64,000 nt of DNA from Bacteroidota bacterium (GTDB lineage: Bacteria > Bacteroidota > Bacteroidia > UKL13-3): assembly GCA_013298895.1 (NCBI GenBank), contig JAAFJM010000006.1, positions 27,673 to 91,672 of the forward strand, given 5' to 3'. Below, in pieces: positions 30,270 to 39,185 of the stretch (position 1 is the first letter of the stretch; each line of letters opens with the position of its first letter). The notes below the pieces were generated by a model. The model saw nothing but the letters and a program-made list of their open reading frames with translations, was not told the origin of the DNA and made no database searches. Both the position numbers and the translations under genes were made by a program.

Positions 30270-30376
30270 AGCGATGTGCGTGGGGTCGGCAAAAAAGCGG
30301 GCCAGCCTGAGCCATGTGCGTGGAAGCATTTTTTTGCCTTGATTTTTTGTTTCTTTTTCATCTAAGGAAAAAGAAA
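30270..30376. other. GC-rich structured intergenic element (repeat or ncRNA candidate)
   Basis: Two stems, an internal 10-bp direct repeat and a possible pseudoknot pairing, between convergent genes. Confidence 0.55.
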
Positions 30377-30459
30377 GCAGAAAAAAAGAAATACTTTCCT
30401 TACATATTTCACTGTTTTTGGAAATCTCTCCCACTAACATGCTATGTTTCTATATGCTT

Positions 30460-31008
30460 TTATGCAAAAATAATTAAGAACAATATTGGAAAAACAATTC
30501 CTGCTAAAGCCAATTTCCAACCTCTTTCCTTAAACGATAATCGGCCTTTCGGAATCATAATAATACCTGTAATGGCAATGGTAATCAACGATAATCCGAA
30601 AATATCAGAATAATAAATCCACCAATTAGAAGTATTTTTATGTAAAGTCATCATTTGGCTAATTAAAGGCGTTTTGGTAAAAGCTATAATTTCGCCCTTG
30701 CCGGTTGCTAGTTCTATTTCTAATTCGTGGTTTTCAGCTATAATTTTCAGCTTGCCTTTACGCACAAAATGTTTCTTCACTTTATCTTTAATGCCTAGTT
30801 CTGTATTTACATAGTTTTTTACATAGTCTTCGGTAATCGAATCTTCTTTGGGCAGTTGCTTTTGAATTTCGGTAATATTTAAAGTATATTTTTCGGGGTG
30901 CCAGCTATCGCGGTGGTTCATCATAATACCCGATAAGGCAAACGATAAAATAAGTCCTACATAAAAATAACCTAAATCTCGGTGTATGGCTCTGCTTGTT
31001 AACTTCAT
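30460..31008 (-). CDS. PepSY-associated TM helix domain protein
   Basis: HRDLGYF...SGIMMNH, LHK...W..YSD motifs with TM helices; directly downstream of the TonB receptor. Confidence 0.85.
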   Translation of the reverse strand: MKLTSRAIHRDLGYFYVGLILSFALSGIMMNHRDSWHPEKYTLNITEIQKQLPKEDSITEDYVKNYVNTELGIKDKVKKHFVRKGKLKIIAENHELEIELATGKGEIIAFTKTPLISQMMTLHKNTSNWWIYYSDIFGLSLITIAITGIIMIPKGRLSFKERGWKLALAGIVFPILFLIIFA

Positions 31009-31017
31009 TGTTATGTT

Positions 31018-33141
31018 TTAAAATGTTAATCCTACTTGTACTGAGTAATTAATGGGGGCAATTGGATTTAAGCTGTTATCGTCATGTATATTATAACTCA
31101 TTTCGTTTAATACATTGGCTAATTTTCCGTTCAATCTCCAATTTTTATACTTGTATCCAGCTACTAAATCCAACACAAAATAATCGTTTACTGGAATTAA
31201 TCTATAAATATCGTTAGCTACTGTTAATCTGGTAGAACGACCTGCAAAGCGGTTTCCAAAATACTGACTAATTAAGCCAACGTTTAAGTTTTTTAACTTG
31301 CCTTTGGCAATTTCATAATTAACACTTGCATTAGCTGTGTGGTTTGGATTATAGCGCAATTCGCTACCTACTATAAAAGTATTGCTTTTGGTATAAGTAG
31401 ATTGGTTATAGCTGTATCCTGCCATTATTGAAAGGCCTTTTATGGGTTTATACATACCATCTATTTCAATGCCTTTACTTTCTGTTTCACCAGCTAGTTC
31501 TTTAATATTACTATTGGTATTTCCATTTAATAAGGATGTTTGGGCTAAATTGCTATTTACAATTAAATATACAGTAGCGTTAAGTTGCATTTTTCCATTT
31601 AAAAAGCGGTTTTTTACACCAATTTCGTATTGGTCAATAATGGATGGTTTTATTGCATTTCCGTTAATATCTACACCAGTATTTAAAGCAAACGAGTTAG
31701 AGTAGCTACTAAAAATAGTATGGTTAATGGTTGGTTGTAAAATTATACCAACTTTGGGCGAAAATGGCTTGTCAAAAGTTTCGGTATTTACTGTTTTATT
31801 GGTAGAATATGTTAATACTTCTGATTGGCTTTGAACATAATTATACCTGCCGCCAATAAATATTTTTACATATTTAGGAAAACTAATCAAGTTTTGAGCA
31901 TACACACCAAAACGATTAATTGGAGTTTTGGTCAATGTGTTTTTAGTTAAATTAGGTGCGTTGGTTTCATTATTGGCATTGTACTCGTTGTAAATATTTA
32001 TAGAGTCGTAGTTAGCAAAGTTGTTATAAGCAGTAGTTTGAGTGGTAAATTGTTCTGCATCGGCACCAATTAATACTTTATGAGTTATTCTGCCAGTTTT
32101 AAATAATACATTGGCATCTATTTGTTGGATGGTGTAATCATCACCAACTTCCGATTTTTGTATACTACGTTTCCAATTTCCATTAGCTAATACTGCTGTA
32201 GAGCTTGGCCTTGCATTGGCAAATAACTCAGTGCCATAATTTCTATAACCTACTAAAGCGCTTAAATCCCATCTTTTGTTAAGGCTAATATTGTATTTAG
32301 CCGATAAAAATGATTGGTTAGCATTATACCTTCCCCAACTTACGCCTGTAAATCTATCTCTTGGTAAATCAACTATTTGGTAATTAATAATACCTGCTCC
32401 AAAATCAGGAACGGTGCTACTTTTGGTAAAATCACCTTCAATTAATAAGGTTGATTTTGGGTTTATTTTAAACAATAACGATGGATTGATGTAAAACGAA
32501 TTACTTTCCACATATTTTCTAAAACTATTACCCTGTTGGTACGAGGAATTTAACCTAAATGCAATGGTTTTACTTTTATTTAAAGGTCCAAATACATCAA
32601 TTTGAGGTTTAAAATTATTGAAGCTAGCGTATGTAAAATCTATATTTCCGCCAAATTCAAATTTGGGTTTTTTAGTAATAATATTCAATACACCTCCCGG
32701 AGCCACATTTCCATATTCAATAGCGGTATTACCTTTTAATACTTCAATTTTATCAATTCCGCTCATTTCTATTTTCATTCCATTAAAAAAGCGGATACCA
32801 TTTTTAAAAGTATTGGTTGATGAAATATTTGAACCTCTTGATGCAATTTCCTCTTGATAACCTCCCGTGGTTCCCATTATATAAACACCATTTACATTTT
32901 TGAGCACATCGGTTAAATTACTAATTTGTTGCTGTTGCAATGTTTTTCCATCTAAAATGGTAATGGCTTGTGGTAAATCCATTTCAGTAATGCCATTTTT
33001 CGATATTTTGGGTGTTTTTATAATAGAGCCTTCAATGGTAACCTCTTGTAATTCTTTGTTCTTGGTTGAATCCCTTTTGTTTTTTTGTGCCAATGCAAAA
33101 ACTGACATCAAGACTAAAATTGGTAAAATTATTACTCTCAT
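31018..33141 (-). CDS. TonB-dependent siderophore receptor
   Basis: Signal peptide, LQEVTI TonB-box region, plug motif IEVLKG...YGNVAPGGVLNIITKKP, terminal Phe. Confidence 0.93.
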   Translation of the reverse strand: MRVIILPILVLMSVFALAQKNKRDSTKNKELQEVTIEGSIIKTPKISKNGITEMDLPQAITILDGKTLQQQQISNLTDVLKNVNGVYIMGTTGGYQEEIASRGSNISSTNTFKNGIRFFNGMKIEMSGIDKIEVLKGNTAIEYGNVAPGGVLNIITKKPKFEFGGNIDFTYASFNNFKPQIDVFGPLNKSKTIAFRLNSSYQQGNSFRKYVESNSFYINPSLLFKINPKSTLLIEGDFTKSSTVPDFGAGIINYQIVDLPRDRFTGVSWGRYNANQSFLSAKYNISLNKRWDLSALVGYRNYGTELFANARPSSTAVLANGNWKRSIQKSEVGDDYTIQQIDANVLFKTGRITHKVLIGADAEQFTTQTTAYNNFANYDSINIYNEYNANNETNAPNLTKNTLTKTPINRFGVYAQNLISFPKYVKIFIGGRYNYVQSQSEVLTYSTNKTVNTETFDKPFSPKVGIILQPTINHTIFSSYSNSFALNTGVDINGNAIKPSIIDQYEIGVKNRFLNGKMQLNATVYLIVNSNLAQTSLLNGNTNSNIKELAGETESKGIEIDGMYKPIKGLSIMAGYSYNQSTYTKSNTFIVGSELRYNPNHTANASVNYEIAKGKLKNLNVGLISQYFGNRFAGRSTRLTVANDIYRLIPVNDYFVLDLVAGYKYKNWRLNGKLANVLNEMSYNIHDDNSLNPIAPINYSVQVGLTF

Positions 33142-33147
33142 ATTTGC

Positions 33148-33209
33148 TATTTAGAATTGTTATAAATAATGGCAAATATATTTTTATTTAGATTTGGTCT
33201 AAATAAAAA
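33148..33209. promoter_or_regulatory. Two palindromic operators (putative Fur-type boxes) flanking a -7 promoter element of the TonB receptor gene
   Basis: TTTTTATTTAGA-TTTGG-TCTAAATAAAAA (33181-33209, perfect arms) and TATTTAGA-ATTGT-TATAAATA (33148-33168); minus-strand TATATTTG at 33173-33180. Confidence 0.75.
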
Positions 33210-33574
33210 TAGGTTGATATTTATCAAAAATTAATCTAATATTAGTTGCTATTAATTTTGATCTTCATCTTAATTTTATAATATACTGATAAGTAATTAT
33301 TTGTAGATTAAATGAAATTATGAAGTAGAGTTTTGCTAAATTAAACAAATCAACAAGCTACCCCTTTAATTCAGGGCTTCTCTTAGAAATATTCTTTTTG
33401 AATTAGGATTAGATTTAACAAAATAAGCTAAAGAATGAAAATACACTCAAGGATTTTTATTTACTTTTAGCTTATTTAATTAAATAAAAAAATGTCATAG
33501 TTTTAATCTTTACCTAACAATAAATATTGGTACATTATTTAAAATTTAGGTTTAAATTAGTACTTTCGCTTTCT

Positions 33575-34150
33575 ATGTTTATTGAACCTCGCGCACATAC
33601 TGATAAAAGAAAAGGCTGGATTGAAGTAGTTTGTGGCTCTATGTTCTCGGGGAAAACCGAAGAATTAATTCGTAGATTAAATAGGGCAAAAATTGCTAAC
33701 CTTCAAGTTGAAATTTTTAAACCATCGGTTGATACACGCTATGATGAAATAGAGGTTGTGTCACATAATCAAAACTCAATTCACTCAACTCCCGTGGCAT
33801 CATCGCTTAATATTTTATTGATGTGTGGAGAAGCCAATGTAATTGGAATAGATGAGGCTCAATTTTTTGATCAAGAATTGGTTTTTGTATGTGAAAAATT
33901 AGCTGAGCAAGGTGTAAGGGTTATAGTGGCAGGATTAGATATGGATTATTTGGGTAAACCATTTGGACCAATGCCTGCTTTAATGGCTATAGCCGAATAC
34001 GTTACTAAAGTTCACGCCATTTGTATGGTTTGTGGCGATATAGCAACACATAGTTACCGAAAAATAAATAATGATAGTTTGGTTATGTTAGGCGAACAGG
34101 ATACTTACGAAGCTAGATGCCGCTTTTGCTTTAACGATGGTATGAAATAA
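33575..34150 (+). CDS. tdk: Thymidine kinase
   Basis: GSMFSGKTEELIRR, IDEAQFF, AGLDMD, CxxC...YEARCRxC; ATG at 33575. Confidence 0.97.
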   Translation: MFIEPRAHTDKRKGWIEVVCGSMFSGKTEELIRRLNRAKIANLQVEIFKPSVDTRYDEIEVVSHNQNSIHSTPVASSLNILLMCGEANVIGIDEAQFFDQELVFVCEKLAEQGVRVIVAGLDMDYLGKPFGPMPALMAIAEYVTKVHAICMVCGDIATHSYRKINNDSLVMLGEQDTYEARCRFCFNDGMK

Positions 34151-34194
34151 CAATTTGGATAATTGCCACTGCAATTTTTAATACAAAACTCTAA

Positions 34195-35412
34195 TTAAAC
34201 TGCTGCTGCGCCTGTTCCTGCTATAAAGCCAGTTGTCCATGCCGCTTGAAAATTAAATCCTCCAGTTACACCATCTATATCAAGAACCTCTCCAGCAAAA
34301 AACAGACCTTTGATTTTACGACTTTGCATGTTTTTAAAATCAACCTCATTCAAATTCACTCCACCACATGTAACAAACTCTTCTTTAAAACCAGTTTTGC
34401 CTTCAATTTGATAGGTATCGTACAATAAAAATTGTACCAATTTATTTACTTGATCTTTGCTAATTTCTGCCCAATTTAGTTTTGAATTGATTTCACTTTT
34501 TTCAAATAAATAATCGAGCAATCGAGCTGGCAATTTAAATGGAAACAAATTATTTACCTGACGGTTTGGGTTTGCGGCCTTAATATTCATCAATTCATTT
34601 CTGCAAGACTCTTCCTTTTTATCGTTCAGCCAACTAATTTGAATTTCGAAATTATAATTTTTATCTGCTATTAAACGAGCTCCAAAACTTGATAAACGTA
34701 AAACTGAAGGACCACTTAAACCCCAATGGGTAATCATAATTGGACCAGTATTTTCAAGTTTTAATTCAGGAATTCTAACTTTAACTGGATTAACAGCAAT
34801 ACCTGAAAGTTCGTTTAATGGATTATTGGGTAAGTTAAATGTGAATAATGAAGGAACAGGATCTATAATTTCATGACCTAAGGTTTTTATCCAATTAATC
34901 TGTTCAGATTTAGGAGCACCACCAGTAGTAACAATTACTTTACTGCATTCAATATTTTCACCGTCAGCAATATATAATTTGAAACTTGTATCACGTGTTT
35001 CAATTCTTCTTACCTCTTTGTTGTTTAAAATTTCAATTTTCAGCCTTTTAGCTTCCTTCATCAAACAATCGATAATGGTTTGACTATCGTCAGTAATAGG
35101 GAACATGCGCCCATCAGGCTCAGTTTTAAGCTTTACTTTTTTGCTTTCGAACCATGCAACCGTATCATTGGTTGAAAAGCGACTAAACGCGCTCTTAAGG
35201 TGTTTTTCACCTCTAGGATACGACAATGACAATAGCTTCAAATCAAAGCATGCATGTGTAATATTGCATCTTCCACCACCCGAAATTTTTACTTTTTGTA
35301 AAAGCTTAGCTGTTTTTTCTAAAATAATAACTTCGGCTTCAGCATTAGCATTAGCAGCACTAATAGCTGCAAAAAAACCAGCTGCTCCTCCTCCAATTAC
35401 AACAATTTTCAC
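34195..35412 (-). CDS. HI0933/BaiN-family flavoprotein
   Basis: GGGAAG, KVKISGGGRCNITH, GRMFP, THWGLSGP, GEVLDIDGVTGGFNFQAAW. Confidence 0.93.
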   Translation of the reverse strand: MKIVVIGGGAAGFFAAISAANANAEAEVIILEKTAKLLQKVKISGGGRCNITHACFDLKLLSLSYPRGEKHLKSAFSRFSTNDTVAWFESKKVKLKTEPDGRMFPITDDSQTIIDCLMKEAKRLKIEILNNKEVRRIETRDTSFKLYIADGENIECSKVIVTTGGAPKSEQINWIKTLGHEIIDPVPSLFTFNLPNNPLNELSGIAVNPVKVRIPELKLENTGPIMITHWGLSGPSVLRLSSFGARLIADKNYNFEIQISWLNDKKEESCRNELMNIKAANPNRQVNNLFPFKLPARLLDYLFEKSEINSKLNWAEISKDQVNKLVQFLLYDTYQIEGKTGFKEEFVTCGGVNLNEVDFKNMQSRKIKGLFFAGEVLDIDGVTGGFNFQAAWTTGFIAGTGAAAV

Positions 35413-35509
35413 TAGCGATTATAGGTTTAAATAAATTTTGTGAGGATGCAAAAGTAAGTGTTTTTGTAGCTAATATCCAAATTTTGGGGCTTTTACGATT
35501 TATATCAAA

Positions 35510-35545
35510 AAAAAGAGCCTGCAAATAAATTTGCAGGCTCTTTTT
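35510..35545 (-). terminator. Intrinsic terminator after the T9SS cargo gene
   Basis: AAAAAGAGCCTGCAAAT-AA-ATTTGCAGGCTCTTTTT with an extended A tract on the left. Confidence 0.85.
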
Positions 35546-35567
35546 ATGTTTTTAATTAAAGATAAGC

Positions 35568-37088
35568 TTATTGAATTGCTAAACGCTTAGTTGCGCTTGC
35601 TCCATTAGCTAATTTTACGTTCACTAAGTAAATACCTTTTGTAAAGTTTTCAGTGTTTAAAACTACTTCGTGAGATGAAACTGCATTTTGAGTTAAAACT
35701 ACTTTACCAGTAATATCAAATACATTTACTTGGCTAATAACTGCTTGGCCTTTATCCATGCTAACAGTTACATTTTCTTTAGCTGGGTTAGGATATAAAC
35801 CTAATAAACTTGACACATTAACTACTTCATTTACACTTGTGTTAGGTAATAAATCTAACTGAACAGCAATACGAGGAGAAATAAATTGAGCAATAGTGTC
35901 AATATATGCTTTAGCTCGTGCAGCAGACATAAACGGATTTGTTTTAATTGCTAATGAATCAGCATTTCTTCCTGTTCCTAAGCCATAAGTATTGTTTGCT
36001 TGAACTGACGGTCTATCCCACCATTCCCATGGAGAACCTTCTGCAGGGAAACTTGAAATAAAAGGATATAAATTTTTAATACCTCCAGTAATAGATAAAG
36101 CTCTTGTACTGATTGCATCATTGTAAACACCAGCATTCATTTTATTATTTATACCTAATGAATTTGCGTAAGGAATTACTGAACCAGCACCTGAAGCACT
36201 TTCAATAACAGTAGCACCTGAAGTAGGTACAATTACATTTCCTGTTTTGTATGGTGCAAAAAAATCAGTTGGGCAATGTAAACCAATAATTGGTAAAGTT
36301 GCATTATCCATCCAAGTAGTATCGCCCATAGCACCACCGTAATTAAATACCATGTGAGCATTTCCTGATACTGCAGCATCGCCACTGTAGTTAAAGAAAG
36401 GAACTCCGCCAATTCCATTCCAATCGCCTAATGTATCTACATTAACCATCGGAGAGAAATCACCTCTTTGGAATTTCAACTTACCTTCAATATCTAATCT
36501 GCTATTTACCGCAGCTAAACCTAAAGCAACATATCCACCTGTACCTTGACCACCAACAACGATTTTTGATGTATCAATTTTATAAGTTCCAGCATTCACA
36601 CGCATAAAACGAATAGCATTTCTTACATCTTGAATTGCACGGTAAGTAGCTTTAATCAATTGTTCAGTAGCTGCTGCAGCCGCTGCATTAGGATTCCATC
36701 CTAAACGGTAATTAACTGCCATAACCACGTAACCACGTTTTGATAAACGATTTGCTAATTCAACAATAGAACTATCGTTTTTGTTACCCGTAGGCTGTTG
36801 ATTAATAATAGCTGGTAAATAACTACCAGTAGAGGCTAAAATAATCAATGGTCTTTTAGCTGCTGTATCACCTTCTGGTTGGTAAATATCGCATCTTAAT
36901 GAAGTTGTGATAATTGGAGGAGTGTTGGGTGGAAAAATATTGATGGCTCTATTTGAGTCATACTCAATATTCGCAGTTTTTAAAACATTAGTAAAAACCT
37001 CATCAACATAACGCTTTTGTGCAGTTGCATTCATGCAAATAGCCGCAAAAGCAAATACTGTAATAAAACTTAGTAAATTCTTTTTCAT
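35568..37088 (-). CDS. Secreted alpha/beta-hydrolase-fold (carboxylesterase-like) protein with T9SS type A C-terminal sorting domain
   Basis: Signal peptide from ATG 37088; DIYQP..D...RPLII, RGYVVMAVNYRLG, QDVRNAIRF, IDTSKIVVGG; CTD YPNPA...GIYLV...KRLAIQ. Confidence 0.85.
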   Translation of the reverse strand: MKKNLLSFITVFAFAAICMNATAQKRYVDEVFTNVLKTANIEYDSNRAINIFPPNTPPIITTSLRCDIYQPEGDTAAKRPLIILASTGSYLPAIINQQPTGNKNDSSIVELANRLSKRGYVVMAVNYRLGWNPNAAAAAATEQLIKATYRAIQDVRNAIRFMRVNAGTYKIDTSKIVVGGQGTGGYVALGLAAVNSRLDIEGKLKFQRGDFSPMVNVDTLGDWNGIGGVPFFNYSGDAAVSGNAHMVFNYGGAMGDTTWMDNATLPIIGLHCPTDFFAPYKTGNVIVPTSGATVIESASGAGSVIPYANSLGINNKMNAGVYNDAISTRALSITGGIKNLYPFISSFPAEGSPWEWWDRPSVQANNTYGLGTGRNADSLAIKTNPFMSAARAKAYIDTIAQFISPRIAVQLDLLPNTSVNEVVNVSSLLGLYPNPAKENVTVSMDKGQAVISQVNVFDITGKVVLTQNAVSSHEVVLNTENFTKGIYLVNVKLANGASATKRLAIQ

Positions 37089-37406
37089 TATTTTCTCATT
37101 TTTGTGTAGTGGCAAATAAATGGTATTTTATGAAAACAAAAAATATGTTTTTCTTAAAATCGTTAATTAGTTTCAAAATTTAATACTTACTTAATTGTGA
37201 TTTTTAATAAACTTTGATTTTCAAACGAACTTATTCAAACTAACAACCAGTTCAAATATTTCAGCAAGCAATTTATTCGATCAATGGTTAAACATCAAGT
37301 TCATATTTTTAATTTTATATTACATTATCATAAAATAAACTTAATTGTGATTTTAATACAGTAAGATTTTTTTTAGTATTTATACATTCGTAAAAAAATT
37401 ACCACT

Positions 37407-38114
37407 ATGACCAAAGCTATTCAAACACACATACTTTTAGCAGAAGATGAAACCAGTTTAGGTTTCTTAATGAAAGAAACATTGCGTCTTGAGGATTACT
37501 CAGTAAGGCTTTGTAAGGATGGTGAAGAAGGTCTAAACTCCTTTATGAACGAACGTTTTGATCTTTGCATCTTTGATGTAAATATGCCAAAACTTAATGG
37601 GTTTGAGTTAGCAAAAAAAGTAAGGGAAAAAGATGAGCATATTCCAATCGTTTTTTTAACTGCCAATTCTTCGGAAAGCGATAAACTTCAAGGCTTTTCT
37701 ATAGGTGCCGATGAATATATTACCAAACCTTTTAGTACCCCAGAATTGTTGGCGCGCATAAAAGCTGTTTTAAAACGCAGCAGTACAAGACCAGAAACCG
37801 ACTTAGCTGCTAAAGAAGAAGTAATTAATATTGGCAATACTTCTATTGATATAGTAAATAATACTCTGATAGTAAATGGAACACAGAAAAAAATGAGCAA
37901 TACCGAAGCTATGCTATTAAAATTACTGATTCTAAATAAAAATGCATTATTACCAAGGGCTAATATGCTGCTTCATGTTTGGGGTAGAAACGATTTTTAC
38001 ACGGCCAGAAACCTAGATGTTTACATTAACAAAGTTAGGAAACTGATAAAAGAGGATGAAACCATAAGCATTGAAAACGTGCACGGAAGTGGTTTCAAAT
38101 TAATTGCTAGCTAA
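37407..38114 (+). CDS. OmpR/PhoB-family response regulator
   Basis: LLAEDE, DVNMPKLNG, FLTA, GADEYITKPF, winged-helix VWG...LDVYINKVRK...HGSGF. Confidence 0.95.
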   Translation: MTKAIQTHILLAEDETSLGFLMKETLRLEDYSVRLCKDGEEGLNSFMNERFDLCIFDVNMPKLNGFELAKKVREKDEHIPIVFLTANSSESDKLQGFSIGADEYITKPFSTPELLARIKAVLKRSSTRPETDLAAKEEVINIGNTSIDIVNNTLIVNGTQKKMSNTEAMLLKLLILNKNALLPRANMLLHVWGRNDFYTARNLDVYINKVRKLIKEDETISIENVHGSGFKLIAS

Positions 38115-38123
38115 AACTATTTT

Positions 38124-38357
38124 TTATAAAGAATCAAGAATTTCAGCCAATTTTCTATCTTTTTCAGTTATGGTATTACCAGCATCGTGAGTGGTTAAAG
38201 TTACATGTACTTTATTGTAAATATTGGACCATTCAGGATGATGATCTAACTTCTCAATAACAAATGAAGCTTTTACCATCCAGGCTATTGCATCGGCAAA
38301 AGATTTAAAAACAAAGGTTTTTGTTAATTTATGATTTTCTTCCTTCCAATTATCCAT
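38124..38357 (-). CDS. Pterin-4-alpha-carbinolamine dehydratase
   Basis: DHHPEWSNIYNKV...TTHDAG..ITEKD. Confidence 0.93.
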   Translation of the reverse strand: MDNWKEENHKLTKTFVFKSFADAIAWMVKASFVIEKLDHHPEWSNIYNKVHVTLTTHDAGNTITEKDRKLAEILDSL

Positions 38358-38359
38358 AG

Positions 38360-39106
38360 CTATATTAGTTTATATAAAACAGGTTTACTTGGGCTTGCAT
38401 CACTCTCGAAAGAAGCAATTTGCATATTAATTAAATACATACCATCAGGTATGGCGCTATCAACAAATACCATTTCTGTTATAGTTGCATCCATCCTTGT
38501 TTCATGGGGATATTGCCAAAATGCATGATGAGTAGCCAAGGCACCTCCATCTTCTTCTCTATCCACAGAGGGTAAATCAACCAACAAATGTTTTACCTTA
38601 TTATCAGCTAAAAACGCTCCTAAAGCTGGCTCTAAATAAGTTGGGTTATTGCCTGAATATTGACTTAATTTTTTATTATTACTATTAGGCAAGGTTCTTA
38701 TAACCAACGCATTTGCAGTTTTATTATAATGCTTTGCAATACTTTCGTTTGTAACTATCCAATCACCATTTTCTATTTGTTTTGGATTAACTGAAATTAC
38801 TTGGGCAATGGCAAAAAATTGTTTTAAAGTTTGATTGATGGTAATTCTCTCCTTGCTAATATGTCCAACGCATTCAGTATGCGTGCCATTCCCATGTGCA
38901 TTCAAAAATAAATTTTCGCAATTGCAAGCACCACCTTCTTGCACCGACCCAACAAAACTACCAACTTTTACAGGTTCAAACTTAGGATTAGCAATATAAA
39001 ATGCATTTGGATTATCCTCACCACTAAAAAGGGGTAACGAAATATCTAAAGGCTCAGATAGGTTAGCTGAGTACTTGGTTTCATTATGTAGAAATTCAAT
39101 TATCAT
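38360..39106 (-). CDS. Cyclase family protein (kynurenine formamidase-like metal hydrolase)
   Basis: HGNGTHTECVGH, DLPSVD, ITE, DASPSKP; start at ATG 39106 because the longer ORF would cross the glmS terminator. Confidence 0.85.
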   Translation of the reverse strand: MIIEFLHNETKYSANLSEPLDISLPLFSGEDNPNAFYIANPKFEPVKVGSFVGSVQEGGACNCENLFLNAHGNGTHTECVGHISKERITINQTLKQFFAIAQVISVNPKQIENGDWIVTNESIAKHYNKTANALVIRTLPNSNNKKLSQYSGNNPTYLEPALGAFLADNKVKHLLVDLPSVDREEDGGALATHHAFWQYPHETRMDATITEMVFVDSAIPDGMYLINMQIASFESDASPSKPVLYKLI

Positions 39107-39135
39107 TTGGTTTGCAATATAAAATAATAGCCAAT

Positions 39136-39166
39136 AAAAAAGCCTGTAAGAAAATCTTACAGGCTT
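39136..39166 (-). terminator. Intrinsic terminator after glmS
   Basis: AAGCCTGTAAGA-AAA-TCTTACAGGCTT with an A tract on the left (U tract on the minus strand). Confidence 0.8.
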
Positions 39167-39185
39167 CAATTTTTTAAAAATAATA

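Noticed and set aside
30249-30613. ORFs 30249-30440 (-) and 30314-30613 (+)
   Set aside because: They run through the structured element or antisense to the PepSY gene and have no protein-like features.
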